Assembly: GCA_947629835.1 (NCBI GenBank)
Contig: CANRFH010000004.1
Span: 1-60,761 of the forward strand
Source of the DNA: an uncultured Clostridia bacterium
GTDB lineage: Bacteria; Bacillota; Clostridia; TANB77; CAG-508
DNA: 60,761 nt
Direction of reading: 5' to 3'
The notes below the pieces were generated by a model. The model did not search any database. It was not told the origin of the DNA and saw only the letters and a program-made list of their open reading frames with translations. A program made the position numbers and the translations under genes. Below, in pieces: positions 33,770-45,275 of this stretch (the stretch's first letter is position 1; every line of letters starts with the position of its first letter).

Positions 33770-36700
33770 CTATTCAACACTTTTTAGACTTTCTATCATA
33801 TTTATTTTCTTTAAAGAGAAATATGTTACAATATTGACAATAACTGTAAATACTACTGTAATAAGTATTGCATATAAATAGCTTATTCCATGTATGATTT
33901 TTGGGAATCTTAGCATATTAATTTCACAAGTTTCTAATATATAATAATTTAAGAAAAATCCAAAAGCTAACCCCAATATTATTCCAATTATTGTTAAAAT
34001 AACAGTTTCTTTTGCTACATAATTGTATACTTCTTTATCATAAAATCCTAAGACTTTGATGGTCGCAAGTTCTCGTATTCTTTCACTAATATTTACATTA
34101 GCTAGATTATATAAAACTACAAATGCAAGAAGCCCAGCTGATACGATTAATACTACAACTACATAATTTAAAAGACTCATCATATCTTCTATCGTTTTAA
34201 GAGCTGATGCAATATTGCTAACAGATGCAACTTGTGATTTATCCATAATATTAGTAGCTAATCTATCTGCTTCCTCCTCTGATAATTCAATATTCTTAGT
34301 TAATATTACATTTGTTTCATACTTTGTTTCATATAACTTTTCGTAAGTTTCTTTTGTCATAAATACATAGTGTTGCACATAGTTTTCTACAACATTTGAA
34401 ACTTTTACCTCTACTTTATTTTCGTCACTATCTTCTAATGTTATTGTATCTCCTGCATTTATTCCTAATAGCTGTGCTGCTTTGTCTGTTAAGCAGATTT
34501 CATTTTCCTTCATTGATATTTTATTCTTTGTTTTTGTATCGTTTATATAAATAATTCCATCAAGTTGTTCCTCAGTCTCTGGTATAATTATTTGCACATC
34601 TTCAGAGTTTTCTCCGTTATATACCTTTCCAGATGTCATATATGTTTTTGCTATCTTTTCTATTCTTTCTTCTTGGTCTAGTTCTTTTATAAGTTCCTCT
34701 TTTTCGTTTTCAGCTATATCGTCTTTTAAAGTGATTTGCATATCATATACAAATACATTTTCAAACTGGTTAGGAATAATCTGTTTTACAGAATCTTTTA
34801 ATCCAAATCCTGCTAGAATCAAAGATGTACATCCAAGTATTCCTATAATTGTCATGCAAAATCTTTTCTTGTATCTAAATAAATTTCTTACAGTAACTTT
34901 TTTGCTGAAATTTAGTCTTTTCCAGATAAAAGGAATTCTCTCTAACATTACTCTATTTCCTGACTTTGGAGCCTTAGGTCTCATAAGCACTGATGGCTGA
35001 TGTCTAAGCTCTTTTAATACTGTGTATATTGTTGCACCTAAAATACATACACTTATTAAAATTAATCCTAATCCACCAAATAGTAAATTGAATTCAATTT
35101 CAATATCAATAAGCTCATACATCATTCCATACATAAGCCAAATAACCTTTGGAAGTATAACAAACCCAATGCTCATTCCAAGTATTCCACCAATAATACA
35201 TGCAAGTCCTGCATATATAATATATTTTAAAGTTATTTGTTTTCTATTATATCCAAGAGCTTTCAATGTTCCAATTTGCATCCTTTGTTCTTCTACCATC
35301 CTTGTCATAGATGTTAAAGAAATAAGTGTTGCAACTATAAAGAATACAACTGGGAATACTCTTCCAATATTTGCTATACTGTCAGTATCTTGTATAAATC
35401 CTACATATCCTGCATTTGCATTTCTATCTAAAATATACCAAGTTGCCATTTCTATATCATTTATCTTGTCTCTTGCATCTTTAAGCTTTTCTTCTGCATC
35501 TGCTATTTTTTCTTCAAATTCTTTTTTATTTTTGCTTAGTTCTTTTTCTCCTTTTTGTAATTCTTGTTTTGCTTTTTCTACTTCTTTTTCTGCATTTTTA
35601 ATTTGATCATTTGTAGTTTGTTTAGTCTTACTTAATTGTGTTTCATTTTTAGAAATCTCATTTTTTGCATTTTCTACTTCTTTTTTAGCTTGATCTAATT
35701 CAAGTTTTATAGCTTCACTGACTTCTGGAAGAGAATTTAGTTGTTTTTCCTTTGCAATTAGCTCTTCTTCCTTTTTTTGCAATTCTTCTTTTGCTTTTGT
35801 AATTTCCTTTTCTGCATTTTTAAATTCTGTATCTGCTTTTTGTTTATTAGTCTTTATCTCTGATTCCGCTTTTTTAATATCTTGTTTTGCTTCATTTAAT
35901 TTTTTCTCAGCTTTTGCAATTTCACTTTCTGCATCACTTTTTTGTTCATTTAACTCTTTTTCTGCATCATTTACCTTATCTTCTGCCTTTTTTCTTAAAG
36001 TATCATATCTTGCCTTTTCTCTTTCTTCTTTTATTTCTTCTATATCATTTTTAACATCTTCTACATAATCTTCATATTTTTCAGAAGAAGTTGTATATTC
36101 TTCTGAATTATTTAGTTTTAAGTATATGTTTGTATAAATATCTTTTGCATTAATGTTGTCATTAGTTATATAGATATAATAATTTACTTTTCCTGCTCCA
36201 AGTGAGCTTGTTCCTCTATCTCTTGAAATATATAGAGGACTTTGTACAGTTCCAACTATTGTCAAATTATCTTCACTTAAATATTTTATATCTTCTCCAT
36301 CATCATTTTTTGCATCCTCTACTTCTAGCCTTATAGTATCTCCTATTTGCTTATTATTTTCAGTTAAAAATTTCTTTTCTACAACGCATTCATTTTTATT
36401 TTCTGGCAATCTTCCGTTCCAAAAGTAATGGCTTATTTAAATCTTCTAGTGTTATTATTTTTGTTATTATTTCGCTATTTTCTAATTCTATCTTTCCATC
36501 TTTTTCAAAACTTCCTATAACTTTTTGAACATTTGGAATTTTTTCTAAACTTTCTATATCCTCATTAGTAAGTCCTAACGTTGATATAACTTGTATATCA
36601 TATACTTTTTGTTCTTTATAATATCTATCTATTGTATCTACCATATCTGGTGATGTAGCTCTTATTCCTGCAAAAAAGCCCACACCTAAAAAAGCCATTA

Positions 36701-36773
36701 ATGCAATGGATATGAATCTTTTATATGTTTTTTTTATTTCTTTTAAACTATCTTTAATTAATGCCTTTTTCAT
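33770..36773 (-). CDS. FtsX/MacB-type ABC permease with coiled coil, 1000 aa with one CGGA site (36413-36416)
   Basis: RFISI...FLGVGFFAG; LLE[G]RLPEN.NEC; TSMTRMVEEQR..IGTLKALG; ERIRELATIKVLG. Confidence 0.88.
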
Positions 36774-36792
36774 ATTATTTCCTTTCTTATGC

Positions 36793-37494
36793 TTACCACT
36801 CAATTTCTTCAACTGGTGTAGGATTTTGATTTATCTCTATTTTTTCTGCCTTTCCATTTTTAAAGTATATTATTTTATCTGCCATTGGGGCAATTGCAGT
36901 ATTATGTGTAATTATTAATACTGTTATATTTCCTTTTCTGCAAGTATTTTGTAGCAATTTTAAAATTTGTTTTCCTGTTTTATAATCCAAAGCACCTGTT
37001 GGTTCATCGCATAATAAAAGTTTAGGGTTCTTAGCTATTGCTCTTGCTATTGCGACTCTTTGTTGCTCTCCTCCTGATAGTTGTGATGGGAAATTGTTTT
37101 TTCTATCTTTTAGTCCAACTTTTTCCAATACCTTATCAGGATCTAGGGAATCTTTACATATCTGAGTTGCAAGTTCTACATTTTCTTTTGCTGTTAGGTT
37201 TTGTACTAAGTTATAGAACTGAAATACAAATCCTATATCCTCTCTCCTATATTTTATTAATTCTTTTCCTTTTAGAGTTGTTACATCTTTTCCATCTACA
37301 ATTACTTTTCCGGAAGTTGCAGTATCCATACCACCTAAAATATTTAATGCTGTTGTCTTACCTGCACCAGATGGACCAACTATTACAACTAGCTCACCTT
37401 TTTCTATTTGAAAGTTTGTTTTAGACAAAGCATCAATTGTTATTTCTCCCATTTTATACTGTTTATTTACATTTTCAAATTCTATATATGACAT
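36793..37494 (-). CDS. ABC transporter ATP-binding protein (LolD/MacB-like)
   Basis: [34 protein letters not shown]. Confidence 0.92.
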   Translation of the reverse strand: MSYIEFENVNKQYKMGEITIDALSKTNFQIEKGELVVIVGPSGAGKTTALNILGGMDTATSGKVIVDGKDVTTLKGKELIKYRREDIGFVFQFYNLVQNLTAKENVELATQICKDSLDPDKVLEKVGLKDRKNNFPSQLSGGEQQRVAIARAIAKNPKLLLCDEPTGALDYKTGKQILKLLQNTCRKGNITVLIITHNTAIAPMADKIIYFKNGKAEKIEINQNPTPVEEIEW

Positions 37495-37573
37495 AGCTCT
37501 CTCCTTTATATACATTCGAAGTTTATTATACCACTTTTTTATGCTAAAATCTAGTATTTATGTAAAGTTTTAA

Positions 37574-37605
37574 GAAAAGACTGGGAGTGCTTTCCTAGTC
37601 TTTTC
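37574..37605 (-). terminator. Terminator after clpB
   Basis: GAAAAGACTGGGA...TCCTAGTCTTTTC imperfect hairpin. Confidence 0.6.
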
Positions 37606-37616
37606 CTTTGTAAATT

Positions 37617-40208
37617 TTATTTTATATATAACTCATTATCCTTTGCATCAACTTTTACATTTGTATTTGGCAAAATTTCTCCCATTAAAATCTTTCTTGC
37701 AATTAATGTTTCTAGTTTTCTTTGAACAAATCTTTTAAGAGGTCTTGCTCCATATATTTCGTCATAGCCATTATCTATTAAATAATCTTTTGCTGATTTA
37801 GTCAGTTCCAAGGTTATATTCTTATCTTCTAGTCTTTTTTCTAAGTCTTTTATTAATAACTCTAATATCTTTGAAATTTCACTTTTCAATAATGGTTTAT
37901 AGAAAATTATCTCATCTAATCTATTTAAAAATTCTGGTCTAAAACTTTGTTTAAGTAATGCATTTACTTTTTCTTTTGCTTCATTTGTTATTTCTCCATC
38001 TTCTGTTATTCCTTCTAAGATATAATCTGATCCTAAATTTGATGTTAAGATTATTATTGTATTTTTAAAATCTACTGTTCTTCCTTGTGAATCAGTAATA
38101 CGGCCATCATCTAACACTTGAAGCAATATATTAAATACATCTGGATGAGCTTTTTCTATCTCGTCAAAAAGAATAACTGAATATGGTTTTCTTCGAACCG
38201 CTTCTGTAAGCTGTCCTCCTTCTTCATATCCCACATATCCAGGAGGTGCACCAATTAATCTTGATACAGAGAATTTTTCCATATATTCTGACATATCAAT
38301 TCTTATAATATTATGCTCATCATCAAATAGGCTTTCTGCTAGTGACTTTGCAAGTTCTGTTTTTCCAACTCCTGTTGGTCCTAAAAACATAAATGAACCT
38401 ATTGGTCTTGCTGGATTACCTATTCCAGCTCTTGAACGCATTATTGCTTCTGATACTTTTTCTACTGCTTCGTTTTGCCCAATTACTCTCTTATGAAGTA
38501 TTTCGTCTAAGTGTAATATCTTTTCTTTTTCACCTTCCATAAGTTTGGTAACTGGTATTCCAGTCCACCTCGAAATTATCTTTGCTATTTCATCTTCTGT
38601 AACTTTATTTCTTAAAAGTCCATCTTCTTTACTCTTCTCTGATATTTTTTCTTCTTTTTCTAACTCTTTTTGAAGTTCTGGCAATTTTCCATATTTAAGT
38701 TCTGCTGCCTTATTTAATTCGTAATCTCTTTCTGCTTTTTCTATTTCTGCATTTACTTTTTCTATTTCCTCTCTTAATTTTTGTACTTTACCAATTGCTT
38801 GTTTTTCATTTTCCCATTTTGCTTTCATTCCATCAAACTTTGTTTTTAACTCTGCTTTTTCTTTTTGAATATCTGCTAAACGCTTTTTAGATATCTCGTC
38901 TTTTTCTTTACTTAATGCAGTTTCTTCTATTTCTAACTGCATTATTTTTCTTGATACTTCGTCAAGCTCTGTTGGCATTGATTCCATTTCCGTTTTTATC
39001 ATAGCACATGCTTCATCTACTAAGTCTATTGCCTTATCTGGTAAAAATCTATCTGATATATATCTATGAGATAAAGTTGCTGCTGCAATTAAACTATTAT
39101 CTGATATTTTCACTCCATGATATACTTCATATCTTTCTTTCAAGCCTCTCAAGATAGATATTGTATCTTCAACAGTTGGCTCATCAATTAAAACTGGTTG
39201 AAAACGTCTTTCTAATGCTTGGTCTTTTTCGATATACTCTCTATATTCATTTAAAGTTGTTGCACCTATACAATGAAGTTCTCCTCTTGCAAGCATTGGT
39301 TTAAGTAGGTTTCCTGCGTCCATTGCTCCATCTGTTTTTCCCGCTCCTACTATTGTATGAATTTCATCTATAAATAGTATTATTCTGCCTTCACTTTTTT
39401 TAATTTCTTGAAGTACTGCTTTTAATCTTTCTTCAAATTCTCCTCTATATTTTGCACCAGCTACTAATGAACCCATATCTAGTGAAAAAATTGTACAATT
39501 TTTTAGTCCCTCTGGAACATCTCCTCTTACAATTCTTAGAGCTAAGCCCTCTGCTATTGCTGTTTTTCCAACTCCTGGTTCTCCAATTAAGCAAGGATTA
39601 TTTTTTGTTTTTCTTGATAATATTCTAATTACATTTCTTATTTCTGAATCTCTTCCTATTACTGGATCAAGTTTTTGTTTCCTTGCAAGTTCTACTAAAT
39701 CTTGTCCATATTTTTTAAGTGCGTCATAAGTTTCTTCTGGATTATCAGTTGTAACTCTTGTATTTCCTCTTACATCTGCTAATTCTTTTAAGAAGTTCTC
39801 CTTAGTGATATTATTTCTTTTTAGTAAATCTTTGATATCTCTATTACTATTATCAAATATTGCAAGCATTATATGTTCTACTGATACATACTCATCTTTC
39901 ATACTTTTTGCAATACTTTCTGCATCTGCAAATATTAAGTCTACATTTTGTGATACATATATTCCGTCTTTTGGTCTTGCTCCTCCTGTAATTTTAGGTT
40001 TTTTTGCTATCTTTTCTCTTATTTCTTTTTCAAATATTTCTTCATTTGATATTTTTTTAAGGAGCTCTTTTATTAAACTATTATCTTGCTCTAATAAAGC
40101 TAAAATTAAATGTTCTTCTTCAATTTGTGCATTTTGGTTTTGCACAGCTAAATTTTGAGCCTCTTGTACTGCTTCTAATGACTTCTGTGTAAATTTTTGT
40201 ATATTCAT
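37617..40208 (-). CDS. clpB: ATP-dependent chaperone ClpB
   Basis: GEPGVGKT and GPTGVGKT, long M-domain coiled coil, [15 protein letters not shown]. Confidence 0.96.
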   Translation of the reverse strand: MNIQKFTQKSLEAVQEAQNLAVQNQNAQIEEEHLILALLEQDNSLIKELLKKISNEEIFEKEIREKIAKKPKITGGARPKDGIYVSQNVDLIFADAESIAKSMKDEYVSVEHIMLAIFDNSNRDIKDLLKRNNITKENFLKELADVRGNTRVTTDNPEETYDALKKYGQDLVELARKQKLDPVIGRDSEIRNVIRILSRKTKNNPCLIGEPGVGKTAIAEGLALRIVRGDVPEGLKNCTIFSLDMGSLVAGAKYRGEFEERLKAVLQEIKKSEGRIILFIDEIHTIVGAGKTDGAMDAGNLLKPMLARGELHCIGATTLNEYREYIEKDQALERRFQPVLIDEPTVEDTISILRGLKERYEVYHGVKISDNSLIAAATLSHRYISDRFLPDKAIDLVDEACAMIKTEMESMPTELDEVSRKIMQLEIEETALSKEKDEISKKRLADIQKEKAELKTKFDGMKAKWENEKQAIGKVQKLREEIEKVNAEIEKAERDYELNKAAELKYGKLPELQKELEKEEKISEKSKEDGLLRNKVTEDEIAKIISRWTGIPVTKLMEGEKEKILHLDEILHKRVIGQNEAVEKVSEAIMRSRAGIGNPARPIGSFMFLGPTGVGKTELAKSLAESLFDDEHNIIRIDMSEYMEKFSVSRLIGAPPGYVGYEEGGQLTEAVRRKPYSVILFDEIEKAHPDVFNILLQVLDDGRITDSQGRTVDFKNTIIILTSNLGSDYILEGITEDGEITNEAKEKVNALLKQSFRPEFLNRLDEIIFYKPLLKSEISKILELLIKDLEKRLEDKNITLELTKSAKDYLIDNGYDEIYGARPLKRFVQRKLETLIARKILMGEILPNTNVKVDAKDNELYIK

Positions 40209-40289
40209 TTAATTCACTCTCCTATCCTCAAATTTCGTATTTTAAAAGCACATACACTATGTATGATGTGCTTTTTTTCGATATATATA

Positions 40290-40332
40290 ATTATACTATA
40301 TAAAATTAGCACTGTCAATAGGAGAGTGCTAA
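40290..40332 (-). promoter_or_regulatory. clpB SigA promoter with an overlapping CIRCE (HrcA operator, 40306-40332)
   Basis: TTAGCACTC-TCCTATTGA-CAGTGCTAA (one mismatch to consensus) containing TTGACA, 17 nt before TATAAT. Confidence 0.9.
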
Positions 40333-40346
40333 TTTGCTTATTTTAT

Positions 40347-40505
40347 ATTAAAAAGGGTAATATTATTTATTTAAAAGAGGCGCGTAGCGACCAACCGGAG
40401 CATATTTTATATGCGTAGGGCGATTTTTGTAGCCTACTTTGAATTGAAAATTCAAGGCTACAAACAACAAGCCTCTTGAAAAATAAATAATATTACCCTT
40501 TTAAT
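40347..40505. repeat. ~160-bp structured element bounded by 22-bp perfect inverted repeats (MITE/REP-like or ncRNA)
   Basis: AAAAGGGTAATATTATTTATTT (40351-72) and its reverse complement (40481-502), with nested internal hairpins. Confidence 0.6.
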
Positions 40506-41615
40506 TTATATTTCAACTATCTTTTCCCAAGGCAAGTCGTCTTTACCAAAATGCCCATAGTTAGTTGTCTTTGCATAAATTGGTTTTCTTAAAGCAAGAT
40601 ATTTAATAATTCCATCTGGTGTCAAATCAAATTTATCTTTTATCTTCTTTTCGATTTCTTCTTCTGGAATAGTGTTTGTTCCAAAAGTATTTACATATAT
40701 AGAAATTGGTTTCCTAATGCCTATTCCGTAAGAAACTTGTATCTCGCATTTTTTTGCATATCCATTTGCAACAACATTTTTTGCAATATGACGAAGCATA
40801 TATGCAGCGCTACGATCTACTTTTGTTGCATCTTTTCCAGAAAAAGCTCCTCCACCATGTCTTGCATATCCACCATAAGTATCAACTATTATTTTTCTTC
40901 CTGTTAATCCAGTATCTCCTAGGGGTCCTCCTATTACAAATCTTCCTGTCGGATTTACAAAGTATTTAGTATTTTCGTCTAAATACTTCTCATCTACTAC
41001 TTCTTTTACAACTTTTTCTATAATATCCTTCTTTAACTGTTCAAGAGAAACATCTTCATCATGTTGATTAGATATTAAAATAGTTTCTATTCTTTTTGGT
41101 TTGTCATCTTCATATTCAACTGTTACTTGCGTTTTTCCATCAGGACCAAGATATGGTAATATTCCTGTTTTTCTTACTTCTGTAAGTCTTTTTGCAAGTT
41201 TATGTGCTATTGCTATTGCAAATGGCATATACTCTTCTGTATCACAATTTGCATATCCAAACATTATGCCTTGATCTCCGGCTCCTCCAACATCTACTCC
41301 TTGTGCAATATCTGAACTTTGTTTTGTTATATTTATATCTATTTTGCAATTTTCTGCATCTATATCTATTCCTTTTCCTCTGTATCCTATTCCTTTTAGA
41401 ACTTCCCTTGCGATTTTCTCTATATCTAGTTTTGCATTTGTATTAAGTTGTCCAGCTATTGTAATCTTATCATTAGATGCAAATGTTTCTATGGCAACTC
41501 TTGAATATTGATCTTGCTCTAAGCATTTGTCTAATATTGTATCTGATATTAAATCACACAATTTATCTGGATGTCCCTCTGTCACACTCTCTGATGTGAA
41601 TAAATATTTTTTCAT
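40506..41615 (-). CDS. metK: S-adenosylmethionine synthetase
   Basis: [34 protein letters not shown]. Confidence 0.97.
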   Translation of the reverse strand: MKKYLFTSESVTEGHPDKLCDLISDTILDKCLEQDQYSRVAIETFASNDKITIAGQLNTNAKLDIEKIAREVLKGIGYRGKGIDIDAENCKIDINITKQSSDIAQGVDVGGAGDQGIMFGYANCDTEEYMPFAIAIAHKLAKRLTEVRKTGILPYLGPDGKTQVTVEYEDDKPKRIETILISNQHDEDVSLEQLKKDIIEKVVKEVVDEKYLDENTKYFVNPTGRFVIGGPLGDTGLTGRKIIVDTYGGYARHGGGAFSGKDATKVDRSAAYMLRHIAKNVVANGYAKKCEIQVSYGIGIRKPISIYVNTFGTNTIPEEEIEKKIKDKFDLTPDGIIKYLALRKPIYAKTTNYGHFGKDDLPWEKIVEI

Positions 41616-41668
41616 TTCTTATTTCATTCCTTTCTGCATTGTTGTATCTCATGTGAGATTTAGTAAAT

Positions 41669-43567
41669 TTATATTAATTTTAATTTTACAAGTTCATTTA
41701 GCACAATTATAAACATCGAATGAGACCATCCAAGTCCTATTACCCATTCTGATTGCATTTTGTCATTATTTACTTGTTCAGCTAAGAAACCATTTTTTGT
41801 ACTTGATCTTACGACAAAATCAAAGCATTCCTTTGCTCTATTATACTCTTTTATTTCCAAATAGTATAGTGCCATCCATAAAGTTGCAATTACCCAAGGC
41901 TTGTCTGCTGTATAATGATCATTTTCAAATCTTAAATATCCACCTGTATATGTTCTTAAATTTAGATTCATTCTTTCTATTGTATTTGTAACTTTTTTCT
42001 CTTTTGGTGAGAACATTTTAAATGGAGTAACAACTCCAAGTATACTAATGTCTAATCTTTTATCTTCTTCATTTCTTACAAAACTCTTCTTTTGTTCATC
42101 ATATAACTTATTTAGTACATATTTTTTAATCTTTACTGATTGTTTTACTATAATGTCTTGTTGTTTATCTATTGTTTCTTGTTTTAGTCTGTTTTCTCCT
42201 AGCTCATCTCTTAATTCACTGTAAATTTTTAGCATTGCCTGATATGCTGCAAAAATAGCACTTAATGAATATATAGATACACCCTCAAACATCTCCCAAA
42301 TGTCATAACTAACTCTTATTTCATTTTTTTCTTCCAGTATATCATTAACATATCCTTGTAAAAATTTTACAGCTTTTTCTACCATTTTTAAATTATCTTT
42401 TAAAAACTTTTTATCCTTTGTTCTAGTATAATGGTCATAAACTCCGTAAACAATACTTGCTGTTTCATCTATTTGATAGCCCCAGCAAGGTGCTAATGTT
42501 CCATCTGTGAAAAATCTTTGCTCCCACATTCCATTTTTTGACTGTGTATTTTTGCAAAATACTTTATAGAATTTTTCTGTTTCTTTTTCCATTTTCAAAA
42601 TATCTTGTGCTTTTGTAATATATACAGCATCTCTTGGCCAACAGTAAGCATATCTACCGCATTTTGAAAACTTTTCATCTACCTCCATTGCTGCAACCAT
42701 TCCACCTGTTGTTTGGTTTGTAAGTAGTGGAAAAAGAAGTATTGTTCTTGTATAAATTTTTCTTATAAGCTCTTTATATGTATTTCCTTCTATAATAAAG
42801 TCCATATGACTTATTATATATTTTCTCCAATATTTTTTAGTATTTTGTAGTTCTTTTTCTGCATCTATTTTTCTTATTTTTTCTATTTGACTTTCTATGT
42901 CTTCAAAATTATTTTTTTCTCTATTATCAGAAACATATATATAAATACTAAACTCTTTTTTATCATTAGGGTTTAATACACCTAAATCATAACTTACAGC
43001 TGATGAATTTGACATACCAATATAATCTTTATCTTGCAAAATTGCTCCTTGTATTGCTTCGTCTGTGCCATTTATTTTATATCCATTCATTTTCAAGTCA
43101 TTTGTTACATATGCCATATTATATCCATGAGAATATTGCAAAATGCCATTGTTTATTATCTTTGCACCCACAAAATTATTATCATCACTAAGCATTTTTG
43201 AATGAACTAAAAATTTTATATCAAGTGGTATATCATGCTCATTTATAAATGTATATTTTCGTATAATTATATTATTTGTCATGGGTACAAAATCAGTTTG
43301 TATCATCCTTAAATTAAAGTAAGTATTTTTTATTTCTGTTTTTAAAACATTTGTGTCTTCTATATAATGTTGTTCATATATATTGTTTACATCATCATGT
43401 AAATATATAATTCCAGAATCATTTATCTTAACTCCCATATGCATAAAATCTATATATTGTCTAAAATCAATATTGGGATAGCAAACTCTAACTATTTCTC
43501 CTTGTTTTGTTAATCCTACTCTTAATTCTTTATTACCTATAATAGCATCATTTTGGTACGTTTTCAT
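41669..43567 (-). CDS. Glycoside hydrolase family 15 (glucoamylase-like)
   Basis: Y.YCWPRD, QIDE, DIWE, GGYLRFE.D.Y, LAEQ, LGWSH. Confidence 0.85.
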   Translation of the reverse strand: MKTYQNDAIIGNKELRVGLTKQGEIVRVCYPNIDFRQYIDFMHMGVKINDSGIIYLHDDVNNIYEQHYIEDTNVLKTEIKNTYFNLRMIQTDFVPMTNNIIIRKYTFINEHDIPLDIKFLVHSKMLSDDNNFVGAKIINNGILQYSHGYNMAYVTNDLKMNGYKINGTDEAIQGAILQDKDYIGMSNSSAVSYDLGVLNPNDKKEFSIYIYVSDNREKNNFEDIESQIEKIRKIDAEKELQNTKKYWRKYIISHMDFIIEGNTYKELIRKIYTRTILLFPLLTNQTTGGMVAAMEVDEKFSKCGRYAYCWPRDAVYITKAQDILKMEKETEKFYKVFCKNTQSKNGMWEQRFFTDGTLAPCWGYQIDETASIVYGVYDHYTRTKDKKFLKDNLKMVEKAVKFLQGYVNDILEEKNEIRVSYDIWEMFEGVSIYSLSAIFAAYQAMLKIYSELRDELGENRLKQETIDKQQDIIVKQSVKIKKYVLNKLYDEQKKSFVRNEEDKRLDISILGVVTPFKMFSPKEKKVTNTIERMNLNLRTYTGGYLRFENDHYTADKPWVIATLWMALYYLEIKEYNRAKECFDFVVRSSTKNGFLAEQVNNDKMQSEWVIGLGWSHSMFIIVLNELVKLKLI

Positions 43568-43607
43568 TAATTTTTATCTTCCCTTCTTCTTCTGTCTAAT
43601 CAATAAT

Positions 43608-45254
43608 TTATTCTATTATACTAACAATAATATTTTCAATTTCTTTTAGTTTAAGTCTTATACTATCGATTTCAGTTTCTTTAATTTCATTTGTTAATAT
43701 CTCATTTTTCAATATGTTTTCCATATCTGTCATTTCATCTTTTAATACTTTTACCTTGTTTTCTATTTCAAGTTTTTCTAATCTCTTAGTAGATTCTAAT
43801 TCTAGTCTTCCTTCTAATTTTACTTGATTTTTCTCTACCTTATATATTTCTCCATATTTAGGTATAGTAACTGGTATATTAGTTTCTTCTAAGATTTTTT
43901 CTTTTAGAACACCTTGTGATTCTACTTCTCCATGTACTAAAATTATTTGTTTTGGTTTACTAATAAATGAATATATAAAATTCATAAGCCACTCTTGGTC
44001 TGCATGTCCAGAGTAACCTTCTATATATTCTATTCTAGCATTAACTGCAATTTCTTCACCAAAAATTTTTACTTTTTTAGCACCTTCTACTATTCTTCTT
44101 CCAAGTGTTCCTGCTGCTTGATATCCAACAAACAAAATAGTATTCTTTGAGTTCCATAAATTGTGTTTTAGATGGTGTTTTATTCTTCCCACATCACACA
44201 TACCACTTGCTGATATGATTATAGAAGGCTCGTCTATTTCATTAAGTGCCTTAGATTCTTCTGCTGTTCTTGTAAATTTTAATCCGTTAAATTCTAGTGG
44301 ATCGTCTCCGCTTTCTATCTCTGCCTTTACTTCATCATCAAATAGATCGTCATTTTGTTTAAATATTTCTGTTGCTGATATAGCAAGAGGGCTATCTACA
44401 TATACTGGTGTTTCCATCAATAATCTATATTTATTTATAAATGATTCATCCTTTGTATTTTCTTTTATCTTATTTAGTTCATAAAGAATTTCTTGTGTTC
44501 TTCCTACTGCAAATGTTGGAATTACTACATTTCCTCCACCTTTTATAGTCTCATATACTACATCCAAGAACATTTTAGCTTTATCATTATTTTTCATATG
44601 TAGTCTATTTCCATAGGTAGATTCCATTACTAGATAATCTGCTGATTCAATCATTGTTGGTGATGCTAAAAGTGGTATATCGTTGTTTCCTAAGTCTCCT
44701 GTAAATACTATTTTTTCTACTTTTTCGCCTTCTTTAACCCAAACTTCTATTATTGCAGAACCTAACATATGTCCTGCATCATTGAATCTTACTGTTATAT
44801 TTTCGTCTATTTCTACTAATTCACTATATTGTACACTTTTAAAAAGCTCTAATGAATTTACAGCATCTTCTGCTGTATATAGTGGAGGGAAACCTAACTT
44901 ACCTTCCCTCTTTCTCTTTCTATTTTTCCACTCTACTTCCATCTCTTGGATATGTCCACTATCTGGAAGCATTATTGTACATAAATCGCAAGTTGCTTTT
45001 GTTGCATATATTGGTTTTCTATATCCATCTACATATAGCTTTGGAATTCTTCCTGAATGGTCTATGTGTGCATGTGTAAGTAGCATAAAATCTATTTCAT
45101 TTACATCAAATGCAAATTTATCATAGTTTCTTTCTTCTTCCTTAGCACTTCCTTGAAAAAGTCCACAGTCAACTAAAAATTTTTTACTTTCTGTTTCAAT
45201 CAAATAATTTGAACCTGTAACACCTTCTGCTGCACCTAAAAATGTAATTTTCAT
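43608..45254 (-). CDS. MBL-fold beta-CASP ribonuclease
   Basis: VDCG.FQG, THAHIDHSG, AGHMLGSA, ESTYG, SGHAD. Confidence 0.9.
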   Translation of the reverse strand: MKITFLGAAEGVTGSNYLIETESKKFLVDCGLFQGSAKEEERNYDKFAFDVNEIDFMLLTHAHIDHSGRIPKLYVDGYRKPIYATKATCDLCTIMLPDSGHIQEMEVEWKNRKRKREGKLGFPPLYTAEDAVNSLELFKSVQYSELVEIDENITVRFNDAGHMLGSAIIEVWVKEGEKVEKIVFTGDLGNNDIPLLASPTMIESADYLVMESTYGNRLHMKNNDKAKMFLDVVYETIKGGGNVVIPTFAVGRTQEILYELNKIKENTKDESFINKYRLLMETPVYVDSPLAISATEIFKQNDDLFDDEVKAEIESGDDPLEFNGLKFTRTAEESKALNEIDEPSIIISASGMCDVGRIKHHLKHNLWNSKNTILFVGYQAAGTLGRRIVEGAKKVKIFGEEIAVNARIEYIEGYSGHADQEWLMNFIYSFISKPKQIILVHGEVESQGVLKEKILEETNIPVTIPKYGEIYKVEKNQVKLEGRLELESTKRLEKLEIENKVKVLKDEMTDMENILKNEILTNEIKETEIDSIRLKLKEIENIIVSIIE

Positions 45255-45275
45255 ATCATTATCCTTTCCTTTTTA

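Noticed and set aside
41616..41668. SAM riboswitch upstream of metK
   Set aside because: The 53-bp spacer is too short and lacks the S-box core.
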